Source: Patescibacteria group bacterium (lineage in GTDB: Bacteria; Patescibacteriota; Minisyncoccia; Phycocordibacterales; Phycocordibacteraceae). Taken from it: a stretch of 64,000 nt of DNA. Location: NCBI GenBank assembly GCA_040390125.1, contig JAZJYZ010000001.1:243026-307025 (forward strand), read 5' to 3'. Below the pieces are notes generated by a model that saw only the letters and a program-made list of their open reading frames with translations, was not told the DNA's origin and ran no database searches. The translations under genes were made by a program, and so were the position numbers. Every line of letters begins with the position of its first letter. Positions within the stretch are counted from its first letter, which is position 1. Below, in pieces: positions 17,947 through 26,348 of the stretch.

Positions 17947-18792
17947 ATGATTGAAGTGTTACTCCCAGCATTTGTTTTTGTTGTTGGGTTGTGTGTTGGA
18001 AGTTTTGTCAATGTTAGCGTATTTCGGTTTGGTTTTTCTGAGCACTCTCGTTCCCGTTCATACTGTATGGCCTGCGATATAACAATTGCTTGGTATGACT
18101 TGATACCGGTGTTCTCGTACGTTGCACTTTCCGGCCGATGTCGCAAATGCGGGAGTTCTCTTTCACTGCAATACCCACTTGTTGAGTTGGTGGTGGGTAT
18201 TCTCTTTCTCTTAGCATTTCTTGTAGTTCCTCCAGTACTTGCACTTTGGTCAGTCGTTGCATTCGTCATGCTCCTTATATTCCTGGCGTCCTTGGTTGCG
18301 CTTGTTGCCTACGATGTGAGGCACACACTTGTACCGCTCCCGTTCGTATATGTGTTGTTGGGTTCAGCCACCTTAGCTTCTGTGGCAGGAAGTTTATTTA
18401 TGCATTCCTATCTTCCTCTTATAGATGCATTTTTAGGAGGCGTTGCCATTTTTTTATTTTTTTTCATGATTGTTGCAGTGACCCGAGGGCGGGGGATGGG
18501 TATGGGTGACGTATATGTTGCTGGTTCTGCGGGGCTCTTACTTGGGTTATCTCGGGGTGTCGAGGCGATTATGTTTGGGGTCTGGTCAGCAACTATCGTG
18601 TATCTCGGAATATTCTTTTTATCCTCCATTAGCGCAAAAAAACGATTGTTGCCTACACTCCCTCGGGTTACCATGAAAACAGAGTTGCCGTTCGTACCAT
18701 TCCTTGCGTTTGGTATAGGACTCGCCCTGTTTACCACTCTCTCCCCTCTAGCCCTCGGATCCTGGCTCGCCACTATAGTATGGTTCAGATGA
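17947..18792 (+). CDS. pilD: Prepilin peptidase (A24)
   Basis: GSFVNV, RSYC..C....WYDLIPV.S...L.GRCRKC, GMGMGD, LPFVPFL. Confidence 0.93.
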   Translation: MIEVLLPAFVFVVGLCVGSFVNVSVFRFGFSEHSRSRSYCMACDITIAWYDLIPVFSYVALSGRCRKCGSSLSLQYPLVELVVGILFLLAFLVVPPVLALWSVVAFVMLLIFLASLVALVAYDVRHTLVPLPFVYVLLGSATLASVAGSLFMHSYLPLIDAFLGGVAIFLFFFMIVAVTRGRGMGMGDVYVAGSAGLLLGLSRGVEAIMFGVWSATIVYLGIFFLSSISAKKRLLPTLPRVTMKTELPFVPFLAFGIGLALFTTLSPLALGSWLATIVWFR

Positions 18793-19466
18793 AAAACAAC
18801 CAGCTTTCAGCTTTCAGCTTTCAGCTTTCAGAGGGGATTCGAAACCTCTTTAGTTGGGGAAGTTTGTCTTTAGCCAAAAGCCAAAAGCCAAAAGCCAAAA
18901 GCTTTTCAGTTGCTCGGGGTCTCACCTTGATTGAGCTTCTTGTGGTCATGGGAATTTTTTCGATCATTTCTCTTGTTGTGTTGGCGAATCATTCTCGCTT
19001 CAATAGCTCGGTCTTGCTTGGCAGTCTTGCGTACGACATTGCACTTTCTATTCGTGAGGCACAAGTGTACGGTCTGTCAGTAAAGCAATATGGAAATAAT
19101 TTTCAGGTCGGTTACGGGCTTCGTTTTGCAGGAGCTTCTTCCTATACTTTTTTTGCCGATACGAATGCAAATAAACGATACGACAGCGGAGTTGATTCAA
19201 TTGTGCAGACGTATACGTTTGGTAAGGGGCACACCGTTAAAAGTTTTTGTGGTTTGATGGCAAATGGTGGATCGGAGTGCTCTCAAGGCTCGGGGGCCAT
19301 AACTAACTTAGATATTGTTTTTTTCAGGCCTGAGCCTGATGCAATTGTCTCTTCCAATAGTCCGACGTTATATTCAGGCGGTCAGATTGTTATTACGTCA
19401 CCCTCAGGAGAAACACGCACCATCACGGTTGCTTCGACAGGTCAGATTTCTGTAACTAATCCCTAG
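18789..19466 (+). CDS. Minor pilin (FimT/FimU-like) with 44-aa repeat-derived leader
   Basis: ARG|LTLIELLVVMGI; ATG overlaps the pilD stop (ATGA). Confidence 0.85.
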   Translation: MKNNQLSAFSFQLSEGIRNLFSWGSLSLAKSQKPKAKSFSVARGLTLIELLVVMGIFSIISLVVLANHSRFNSSVLLGSLAYDIALSIREAQVYGLSVKQYGNNFQVGYGLRFAGASSYTFFADTNANKRYDSGVDSIVQTYTFGKGHTVKSFCGLMANGGSECSQGSGAITNLDIVFFRPEPDAIVSSNSPTLYSGGQIVITSPSGETRTITVASTGQISVTNP

Positions 19467-19467
19467 T

Positions 19468-20163
19468 ATGAAGAAAATAGAAAATAGAAAGTTGAAAGTA
19501 GAAAGACTGCCAAACAGCAGGGGATTCTTCGTTTTTTCCTCTACCTTCTACTCTCTACCTTCTACTCTCTCAATCAACGTGAAGCGAGGCTTCACGTTGA
19601 TTGAGATGATGGTTGCAGTGAGTATCTTTGCAATAGTTATGATGGTGGGAGTCGGTGGCCTTTTATCCTTAGTTGCTACAAATCATCGTGCACAAGCAAT
19701 TCATTCGGTTATGAATAACTTAAGTGCAGCAGTTGAAGGAATGTCTCGCTCAATTCGGGTCGGCACCTTGTATAAATGTGTTACCTCTGCCACCACACCA
19801 CCGTCTGCTCCTCCTCCCTCAACAATTGCAACACCAGAGGATTGTGCATCGGGCGGCGCTCATCTTTTAGCGTTCGAATCATCAACGGGGGAACTTACCG
19901 ATCCAAACGACCAAGTGGTGTATCGGTTAAATGGCACACAATTAGAACGCTCTTTGCAGGGTGGAGCGAATGGTAGTTGGATAGCAATTACCGCTCCCGA
20001 GGTTTCAATTGATAGCTTTGATTTTTATGTTATTGGCTCTGCAAAAGGAGACGGAATACAACCTCGTGTTCTTATGCGTATTATTGGTTCTGCGGAGGTG
20101 CCGGGGGGCACAACCACATTTACGGTGCAAGCAAGCGTCGTTCAGCGAGTTTTGGATATATGA
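19468..20163 (+). CDS. Minor pilin (PilW-like) with 41-aa repeat-derived leader
   Basis: KRG|FTLIEMMVAVSIF. Confidence 0.85.
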   Translation: MKKIENRKLKVERLPNSRGFFVFSSTFYSLPSTLSINVKRGFTLIEMMVAVSIFAIVMMVGVGGLLSLVATNHRAQAIHSVMNNLSAAVEGMSRSIRVGTLYKCVTSATTPPSAPPPSTIATPEDCASGGAHLLAFESSTGELTDPNDQVVYRLNGTQLERSLQGGANGSWIAITAPEVSIDSFDFYVIGSAKGDGIQPRVLMRIIGSAEVPGGTTTFTVQASVVQRVLDI

Positions 20164-20780
20164 AAACAGTGAACAGTGTACAGTGGGCAGTGTATAGAAT
20201 GAAAATCAAGAATTTTTTCACATGGCTTTTCCCTGTTCACCATCCACTGAACACTGTTCACTCAATCAAAGTAAAAGCACTTCGTGCTTTTACTTTGATT
20301 GAGACGTTTGTTGCAATCACTGTTTTGTTGATTTCTCTGGTGGGTCCTTTATCTATTGCTGCACAGTCACTTCGTTTGGCATATTACGCACGTGACCAAG
20401 TGACAGCTTTTTATCTCGCTCAAGAGGCTGTTGAGTATGTCCGTGCTATGCGGGATCAAAATTATCTTGCTACTCAAAATTGGCTTACGGGCATTGATGA
20501 TTGTGTTAATGCGTCCTGCGTTGTTGATTTTCCTAACTTCACGCATCGCACCTGCGGTGTACTTAGTGCGTGCCCTGCAGTTCACGTGAGTACGGCGACG
20601 ATGCTCTATAACGAAGACACAGTAAGTGGGCCTGCATCTCCCTTTACCCGCATCGTGTCCATTACTCCTATTGCTGGAACTGTCGACGAGGTAATTGTCA
20701 CCGTTCGTGTATCGTGGGTCTCAGTGGGTATCAGCCGATCGTTTCAGATTACAGAGCATCTCTTTAACTGGGCAGGATGA
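20160..20780 (+). CDS. Minor pilin (PilV-like) with 43-aa repeat-derived leader
   Basis: LRA|FTLIETFVAI; AFYLAQEAVE..R..RD. Confidence 0.85.
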   Translation: MKTVNSVQWAVYRMKIKNFFTWLFPVHHPLNTVHSIKVKALRAFTLIETFVAITVLLISLVGPLSIAAQSLRLAYYARDQVTAFYLAQEAVEYVRAMRDQNYLATQNWLTGIDDCVNASCVVDFPNFTHRTCGVLSACPAVHVSTATMLYNEDTVSGPASPFTRIVSITPIAGTVDEVIVTVRVSWVSVGISRSFQITEHLFNWAG

Positions 20781-21322
20781 GTATGAAAAAGTGTACAGGG
20801 TTTAGTGAACAGTGTAGAGGGGCGGAAGAAGCTAATTCTGTTCACAATAGCAGGTACCTGAAATCGCAACGTGGCTTTACGCTTCTTTTGGCAGTCTTGA
20901 TCGGGAGTATTCTCATCGCTATTGGCTCAGCAATTTTCAATATCGTTTCAAAACAAATAATTTTGTCATCGTCTGGGCGTGAATCGCAGTTCGCTTTTTT
21001 TGCGGCAGATACTGGTATTGAGTGTGCATTGTACTGGGATGTGAAACAGAGTGCTTTTGCAACAACATCCCCGTTGACTCAAGTTGCATGTGGTGGTGGT
21101 TTGGCAGATGTAACACGTACTCCTGGAGGTACAGCACTTCGACCAACCTATACGAGCGTATTCTCGTTTCCTCTTGATGGGGGGGTTACTAATCCGTGCG
21201 TCATTGTGACTGTAGTAAAGACGTTCTATCCAACCGAAACAGTGGTTGCGTCCCAAGGCTATAACACGTGCGTCACTACTAACCCTCTGCGTCTTGAGCG
21301 TGCAATTCGAGTGCAGTATTAA
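20777..21322 (+). CDS. Minor pilin (PilX-like, no E5) with 33-aa leader
   Basis: QRG|FTLLLAVL; ES..AFFAADTGIECAL. Confidence 0.8.
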   Translation: MSMKKCTGFSEQCRGAEEANSVHNSRYLKSQRGFTLLLAVLIGSILIAIGSAIFNIVSKQIILSSSGRESQFAFFAADTGIECALYWDVKQSAFATTSPLTQVACGGGLADVTRTPGGTALRPTYTSVFSFPLDGGVTNPCVIVTVVKTFYPTETVVASQGYNTCVTTNPLRLERAIRVQY

Positions 21323-21351
21323 ATTAGGGTATTGCCTCTAGGAGCACTTCT

Positions 21352-21621
21352 ATGCCTCACTTTGTGTATATTCTTGAGTGTGCCGACCCAACACTCTATG
21401 TTGGGTCTACTAATGACTTAGAGAAAAGGCTCAGGCAACATAACCTGGCAAAGGCAGGAGCCCATTACACAAAAATAAGACGGCCGGTCGTTTTGAAGTA
21501 CGCCGAAGAGGTCCCCACGTTTGAGGGAGGTCGTGCCCGTGAGGCCGAAATTAAGAGGATGACCAGAAAAAGCAAGCTAAAGCTCATTGAGTCGAAAACC
21601 ACCCTAGTCAATTCGATGTAG
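21352..21621 (+). CDS. GIY-YIG nuclease family protein
   Basis: VYILECAD.TLYVGSTNDLEKRL.QHN...GA.YTK.RRPV...RE..IK. Confidence 0.9.
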   Translation: MPHFVYILECADPTLYVGSTNDLEKRLRQHNLAKAGAHYTKIRRPVVLKYAEEVPTFEGGRAREAEIKRMTRKSKLKLIESKTTLVNSM

Positions 21622-21650
21622 GAAATGCGATGGTGCGGTATTCTGTGTCG

Positions 21651-23342
21651 ATGACGCAAGACGACGCACTGACTATTCTGAAGACCGGTGCAAGTGTTTT
21701 TCTTACTGGTGAGCCGGGTAGCGGAAAGACACACACAGTGAACGAATATGTTGCCTGGCTTCGCTCTCACGGGATTGAGCCTGCCATCACTGCTTCAACT
21801 GGTATTGCGGCGACCCACATCGGGGGAGTCACACTTCATTCGTGGAGCGGGATAGGTATTGCAGAGCATCTCTCAAAGCAAGATATTGATGCGATTGCCA
21901 GTAAGGAACACATAGCAAGAAGAATCATGAAGTCGAAGATACTCATCATTGATGAGGTTTCAATGCTTTCAGGCGAAACACTTGCCCTTGCTGAAGCGGT
22001 TGCACGAGAAGTACATCGCACCGATGAAGTATTCGGTGGTATGCAAATTATATTTGTGGGAGATTTTTTTCAGCTACCTCCTGTATCAAGACGTGGGAGC
22101 ATATCTCGTGCATCGTTCGCATTTGAATCATCCGTGTGGAAGGCAGTTAATCCGATAATTTGTTATCTCACTGAACAGCATCGACAAGAAGATGAAATAT
22201 TTCTCTCCGCACTTTCTTCTATCCGAGCAGGTTCTGCCGATGAGGAGACACTACTTTGTTTTCAAGACAGGTCTGTATCCCCGGGTGATGTTTCGCATAC
22301 GATTCCACGTCTTTTTGCTCACAATGTTGACGTTGATCGCATCAATGCAGATGCACTCGAAAAAATTGAGAATCAATCCTCAGTGTTTGTAATGACTGCA
22401 CAAGGTCCTGATGCGTTGGTGCTTGGCCTCAAGAGGGGGTGTTTGTCACCTGAGCAATTATTTCTTAAAAAAGGTGCAGTGGTGATGTGTACAAAAAATA
22501 ATCCAACCGCAGGGTTTGCAAACGGTACGCTCGGTACCGTGATTGGATTTGATGATATGAGCACGTATCCAATTATAAAAACAAAAGACGGGGACGTACT
22601 TGTTATAGAGCCAATGGAGTGGGCGGTGGAGCAGGACGGAAGAGTGCGGGCACGAATTACACAAGTACCGCTTCGTCTGGCATGGGCAATGACCATACAC
22701 AAAAGTCAGGGGATGAGTATGGATGCCGCTGCGATTGATCTCTCGGGTGTCTTTGAGCACGGACATGGGTATGTTGCACTCTCTCGGGTGCGGACCCTCG
22801 GTGGGTTGCATATCTTAGGATGGAGCGAGAGAGCCCTTCTAGTGCATCCTAGGGTAGCAACGCTCGATGTGCAGTTTCGTATCAAGTCCGAGGACGCCAA
22901 AGCAGTGTTTGAAGACATGAGCGATGCAGAGCACTCTGGAATGGAGGAGAATTTTATACGGGCATGTGGCGGTACGCTTGAGATGGCACCATCTTCAAAA
23001 GGAAAAAAGAAAAAAAGTAGCACATACGATACGACGCTCGCCCTTATTCAAGAAGGGCACTCTCTTCTCGACATCGCAAAGATACGGAAACTGAAAGTCG
23101 GCACCCTCATAGACCATCTTGAGAAATTGCTCGCACAAGGCACCTGCAGGGTTGAAGATATGCAGAACATGTTCTCGCCGTACATTATTGAAGCCCTCCC
23201 TGACATTCATGAGGCATTTACATTGGAGGGTTCAGAGCGTCTCAGTCCAGTATTTGAGCGTCTGAAAGGGGCTTATTCGTATGAAGATCTTCGCATTGCA
23301 CGTTTATTTTTTCTAAATACACCCCACTCTTTGGTGGGGTAG
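21651..23342 (+). CDS. Pif1-like SF1B helicase with C-terminal HTH domain
   Basis: FLTGEPGSGKT, ASTGIAA, IDEVSM, FGG.QII.VGDFFQLPPV, QVPLRLAWAMTIHKSQGMS, YVALSR. Confidence 0.9.
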   Translation: MTQDDALTILKTGASVFLTGEPGSGKTHTVNEYVAWLRSHGIEPAITASTGIAATHIGGVTLHSWSGIGIAEHLSKQDIDAIASKEHIARRIMKSKILIIDEVSMLSGETLALAEAVAREVHRTDEVFGGMQIIFVGDFFQLPPVSRRGSISRASFAFESSVWKAVNPIICYLTEQHRQEDEIFLSALSSIRAGSADEETLLCFQDRSVSPGDVSHTIPRLFAHNVDVDRINADALEKIENQSSVFVMTAQGPDALVLGLKRGCLSPEQLFLKKGAVVMCTKNNPTAGFANGTLGTVIGFDDMSTYPIIKTKDGDVLVIEPMEWAVEQDGRVRARITQVPLRLAWAMTIHKSQGMSMDAAAIDLSGVFEHGHGYVALSRVRTLGGLHILGWSERALLVHPRVATLDVQFRIKSEDAKAVFEDMSDAEHSGMEENFIRACGGTLEMAPSSKGKKKKSSTYDTTLALIQEGHSLLDIAKIRKLKVGTLIDHLEKLLAQGTCRVEDMQNMFSPYIIEALPDIHEAFTLEGSERLSPVFERLKGAYSYEDLRIARLFFLNTPHSLVG

Positions 23343-23366
23343 AAAGGGGTATGATAGGCTGAATCT

Positions 23367-23894
23367 ATGGGTCATAAAGCACTGTGGGCGGGTATAGGAG
23401 TATTGGTAATTGCTCTCGTAGCGGGGGCGTTTTTGTTCTATCCGAAAGAAACTACTCCGCAGACAACTCTCTGCACCATGGAAGCAAAGATCTGTCCGGA
23501 TGGAAGTGCAGTTGGTCGCACGGGTCCGCAATGTGAATTTACTGCTTGCCCCACACCGGCATTGGTTTGGAGTTTTAAAGATAAAGGAGAGGATACGGTA
23601 ACTGGTGTTCCCCACACGGAAGTAACACTTACGATGAACAATACGAAGTACGAAGCAGGCACCTATGAAGGTAATTGTAGTGAAATTGTTGGTTCGAGTT
23701 GGCAACTTATGGCAGGCGAGCAGTCGGGAGTTATTTGTTGGTGGGCAGGCGGAGGCACAGAGCTCGGTGTTTTTGAAGAGAATGGTCAATTAGTTATTAA
23801 GAAAGGTCTCTTAGACGAGGGAGGTGCTGAAACGCCAGGCCTTCGAGGTAATTTTGAGACGTTCCTGAAGCTCGAAGTTCAACCTGCCACCTGA
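23367..23894 (+). CDS. Membrane-anchored protein with Cys-rich CT.EAK.CPDGS.VGR.GP.CEF..CP module
   Basis: TM helix plus four-Cys module. Confidence 0.7.
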   Translation: MGHKALWAGIGVLVIALVAGAFLFYPKETTPQTTLCTMEAKICPDGSAVGRTGPQCEFTACPTPALVWSFKDKGEDTVTGVPHTEVTLTMNNTKYEAGTYEGNCSEIVGSSWQLMAGEQSGVICWWAGGGTELGVFEENGQLVIKKGLLDEGGAETPGLRGNFETFLKLEVQPAT

Positions 23895-23942
23895 GCGTGC
23901 GGCTCTAAGTGTATGTATTTTTTTTGAGAGATTGCTCGCTGT

Positions 23943-25505
23943 ATGCTTCATAACGCTCATTACTATTCTGACGGCTTCGCCATTTTTTTTATTGTCACTC
24001 TTTTGGCATTGATCACGTATTCGGCATTCTCAAATCCCTATGGCCGGATGAGTCGGGTGAGAAATCCTTTTGAAACAAAAATTCAAGGCAGAACCATCAA
24101 ACTGTTAAAGCGTTTCAAGTTACAAGTCTGCACGTCGTTGTTTTGGAGGAGCTTCGCATATGCAAAATGTGCATGGCACATTATCTCGAACGTGCACGCT
24201 GGCGATAAGGCGAGAAGTAGAAGTTTGGAAGGGGTTATCCGAGACATTCATACGGTGCGGTTCAATCCGAAAAGGCCCTATTTAATCTCGGGGGATCATT
24301 TCAATGTATTTTATCCACGCAATCTCGGCGTTTTTTATTATGCGATGCTTGATCCTAGAACTGCACTAGGGAAAAGTGATTGGCAGAATCGACAGAGAAT
24401 CTATTTACAGACTGTTGCATACGCTATTGCAGCGTTCGGGGAGCGGGGCGATTGCACCACCACTATAGTGCCCGTAGGCACGAGATCAGTGAGTTGCATC
24501 AATATCTATCACTATCCTTCCGATGCACTCTATGGCGTTTTGTTTGGTCTTGCCACACTTCTCGATAATTCTTTTTTCATGAAGCGATATCCATTCGAGT
24601 CGGAAAATAGTTTTCGTCTCGATACAAAAGAAGCAGCGGAAGGTCTTCTTGAAGAGAGTGCTGATACTCTCTCAATGCTTATTACAAAGTACTACAACCA
24701 GGTGTTTGACCAAGAATCAGGACTCATTCGGAAAGATATTCATATTTCATCTGCAAAGGACATCACGATGCGAAATAGTGCCTTCTATGACAACGTAATT
24801 TTCTGGAAAACGTTTATGCTCGCAAGACAGCTTGGCTTGGAGAATATCCCGGAAGTTGATTTGCCTAAGCTGAAAGCACGCATCCTTAAAACCTATTGGC
24901 AGGAAACAGAAGGATATTTCCTCGAAGATCTCTCTTCCGAAGGGGTTGCTGGAAAATACTATTCAGCAGATTGGCTCGCAGCGTATTTCACCGGGTTTCT
25001 TGACACAGCGAAAAGCGAAGAGCGTCGCTATCTTGAGCGTGCTGCTCTCTATACTATAAAAGAAGGGATTGATATGCCGTTTCCTCTGCGGTATCAGCAG
25101 ACCGATAGGGCATCACGTCAGGTTCCGATAGTGCGTATGGTAGTTGCGTCCTACGGAGGCACTGCTATCTGGAGCTTCTGGGGGGCAGAGTTTATTAAGC
25201 TACTGGTTGCACTCGGAGAACATGAGAAAGACGACGCATTTCTAGAGCGAGCGGCGAGACATATTGCTGCATACGGGAAAAATATGGTTCGCTACCACGG
25301 CTATCCGGAAGTGTATGATACAGAAGGAAATATGTTGCGTACCCCCCTTTATAACAGCGTTCGCCAGACAGGGTGGGTGGTCGGCTTCGAGCAGGCAGTC
25401 GCTATGTTTAAATCAATGTCAGTGCGTATGGCGTCAAAGCAAGTGGTGGTTATTGAGGGCATTCAGACTGATCTTGCCTCCTTTGAGCTTGCAGAGAGCA
25501 TCTAA
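23943..25505 (+). CDS. Hypothetical protein, possible (alpha/alpha)6-barrel glycoside hydrolase
   Basis: N-terminal TM; helical aromatic-rich body; FYPRN, YW..EGYF, GYPEVY...GW patterns recall six-hairpin glycosidases. Confidence 0.45.
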   Translation: MLHNAHYYSDGFAIFFIVTLLALITYSAFSNPYGRMSRVRNPFETKIQGRTIKLLKRFKLQVCTSLFWRSFAYAKCAWHIISNVHAGDKARSRSLEGVIRDIHTVRFNPKRPYLISGDHFNVFYPRNLGVFYYAMLDPRTALGKSDWQNRQRIYLQTVAYAIAAFGERGDCTTTIVPVGTRSVSCINIYHYPSDALYGVLFGLATLLDNSFFMKRYPFESENSFRLDTKEAAEGLLEESADTLSMLITKYYNQVFDQESGLIRKDIHISSAKDITMRNSAFYDNVIFWKTFMLARQLGLENIPEVDLPKLKARILKTYWQETEGYFLEDLSSEGVAGKYYSADWLAAYFTGFLDTAKSEERRYLERAALYTIKEGIDMPFPLRYQQTDRASRQVPIVRMVVASYGGTAIWSFWGAEFIKLLVALGEHEKDDAFLERAARHIAAYGKNMVRYHGYPEVYDTEGNMLRTPLYNSVRQTGWVVGFEQAVAMFKSMSVRMASKQVVVIEGIQTDLASFELAESI

Positions 25506-25516
25506 CCAAAAGGGGT

Positions 25517-26182
25517 ATGTTTCAAAAAACACATAAGGGAGCAGTAATTCGTGGGAGCATCGGACGGTGGGTAGTTCTTTTACTCGCATTCGTTTTTTTC
25601 TTGTCATTATGGGTTTTTAATAATCAGTCTGTACTTGCAACGCTTTTTGGAAACAGAGTACTTGCTGAAAACGTAGAACCACCTGTCAGTTGGCGTACCT
25701 TGAATTCAACGAAACTTGGCATTTCTATTTTATATCCACCTAACTTTGTTGTTGATTCTTCGTACGTCTATACCCAACTCAGTCCACGGGCTGGTATTAA
25801 CGGTGTGAAATTTACTATTCCTGAGTCGGATGCCAAGGGCACTAATCTTTCTCATTTTGATACCGGTGTTTCTGTTGAGGTGCTCCCCCGTGAGACTGCG
25901 TGCATTGGCACTAGTTTTGTTGAGGGGAGTCTTGCCTCGGACACGTTAACAGAAAGAGGTGTTACCTATGCAGTGGTAAAAACCGCAGGTGCAGGAGTAG
26001 GAAATTTCTATGAGGAAACCGTATACGTGATTGTGGGAAGTGTGCCGTGCACAGCGGTACGGTATTTCCTTCACTCAACTAATATTCAGAATTATGAACC
26101 CGGCACCATTGTTGCATTCAATAAACCAGAACTTTTGAAGGAATTTGATATGATTCGACGCTCACTCATACTCACGCACTGA
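25517..26182 (+). CDS. Membrane-anchored hypothetical protein (PsbP-like pattern)
   Basis: TM helix; W.T..S..LG.S..YP; C-terminal F..I..S. Confidence 0.55.
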   Translation: MFQKTHKGAVIRGSIGRWVVLLLAFVFFLSLWVFNNQSVLATLFGNRVLAENVEPPVSWRTLNSTKLGISILYPPNFVVDSSYVYTQLSPRAGINGVKFTIPESDAKGTNLSHFDTGVSVEVLPRETACIGTSFVEGSLASDTLTERGVTYAVVKTAGAGVGNFYEETVYVIVGSVPCTAVRYFLHSTNIQNYEPGTIVAFNKPELLKEFDMIRRSLILTH

Positions 26183-26348
26183 AGATAAAATAAATCTTGC
26201 AAAGAAGCCTGGGTGTCAAAGGAATCGCTATTTTTAATATACATGCAGGCGAAGAGTCCAGTTTATGGCATCTCTTGGGGGCATTTAACCTGTACTCGAA
26301 TTTCAAAAAATTTTGAGGAGGGGCTTTTTTCCTTTAGAATAGGGGTAT

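Noticed and set aside
17378-21322. Diversity-generating retroelement or silent-cassette pilin variation
   Set aside because: No reverse transcriptase, TR/VR pair or duplicated pilin segments were seen in the window
26240-26335. Purine/ZTP/PRPP riboswitch upstream of purL
   Set aside because: Some stems exist (TGCAGG/CCTGTA) but I recognise no riboswitch consensus, and TAGAAT 8 nt before the ATG suggests a leaderless start
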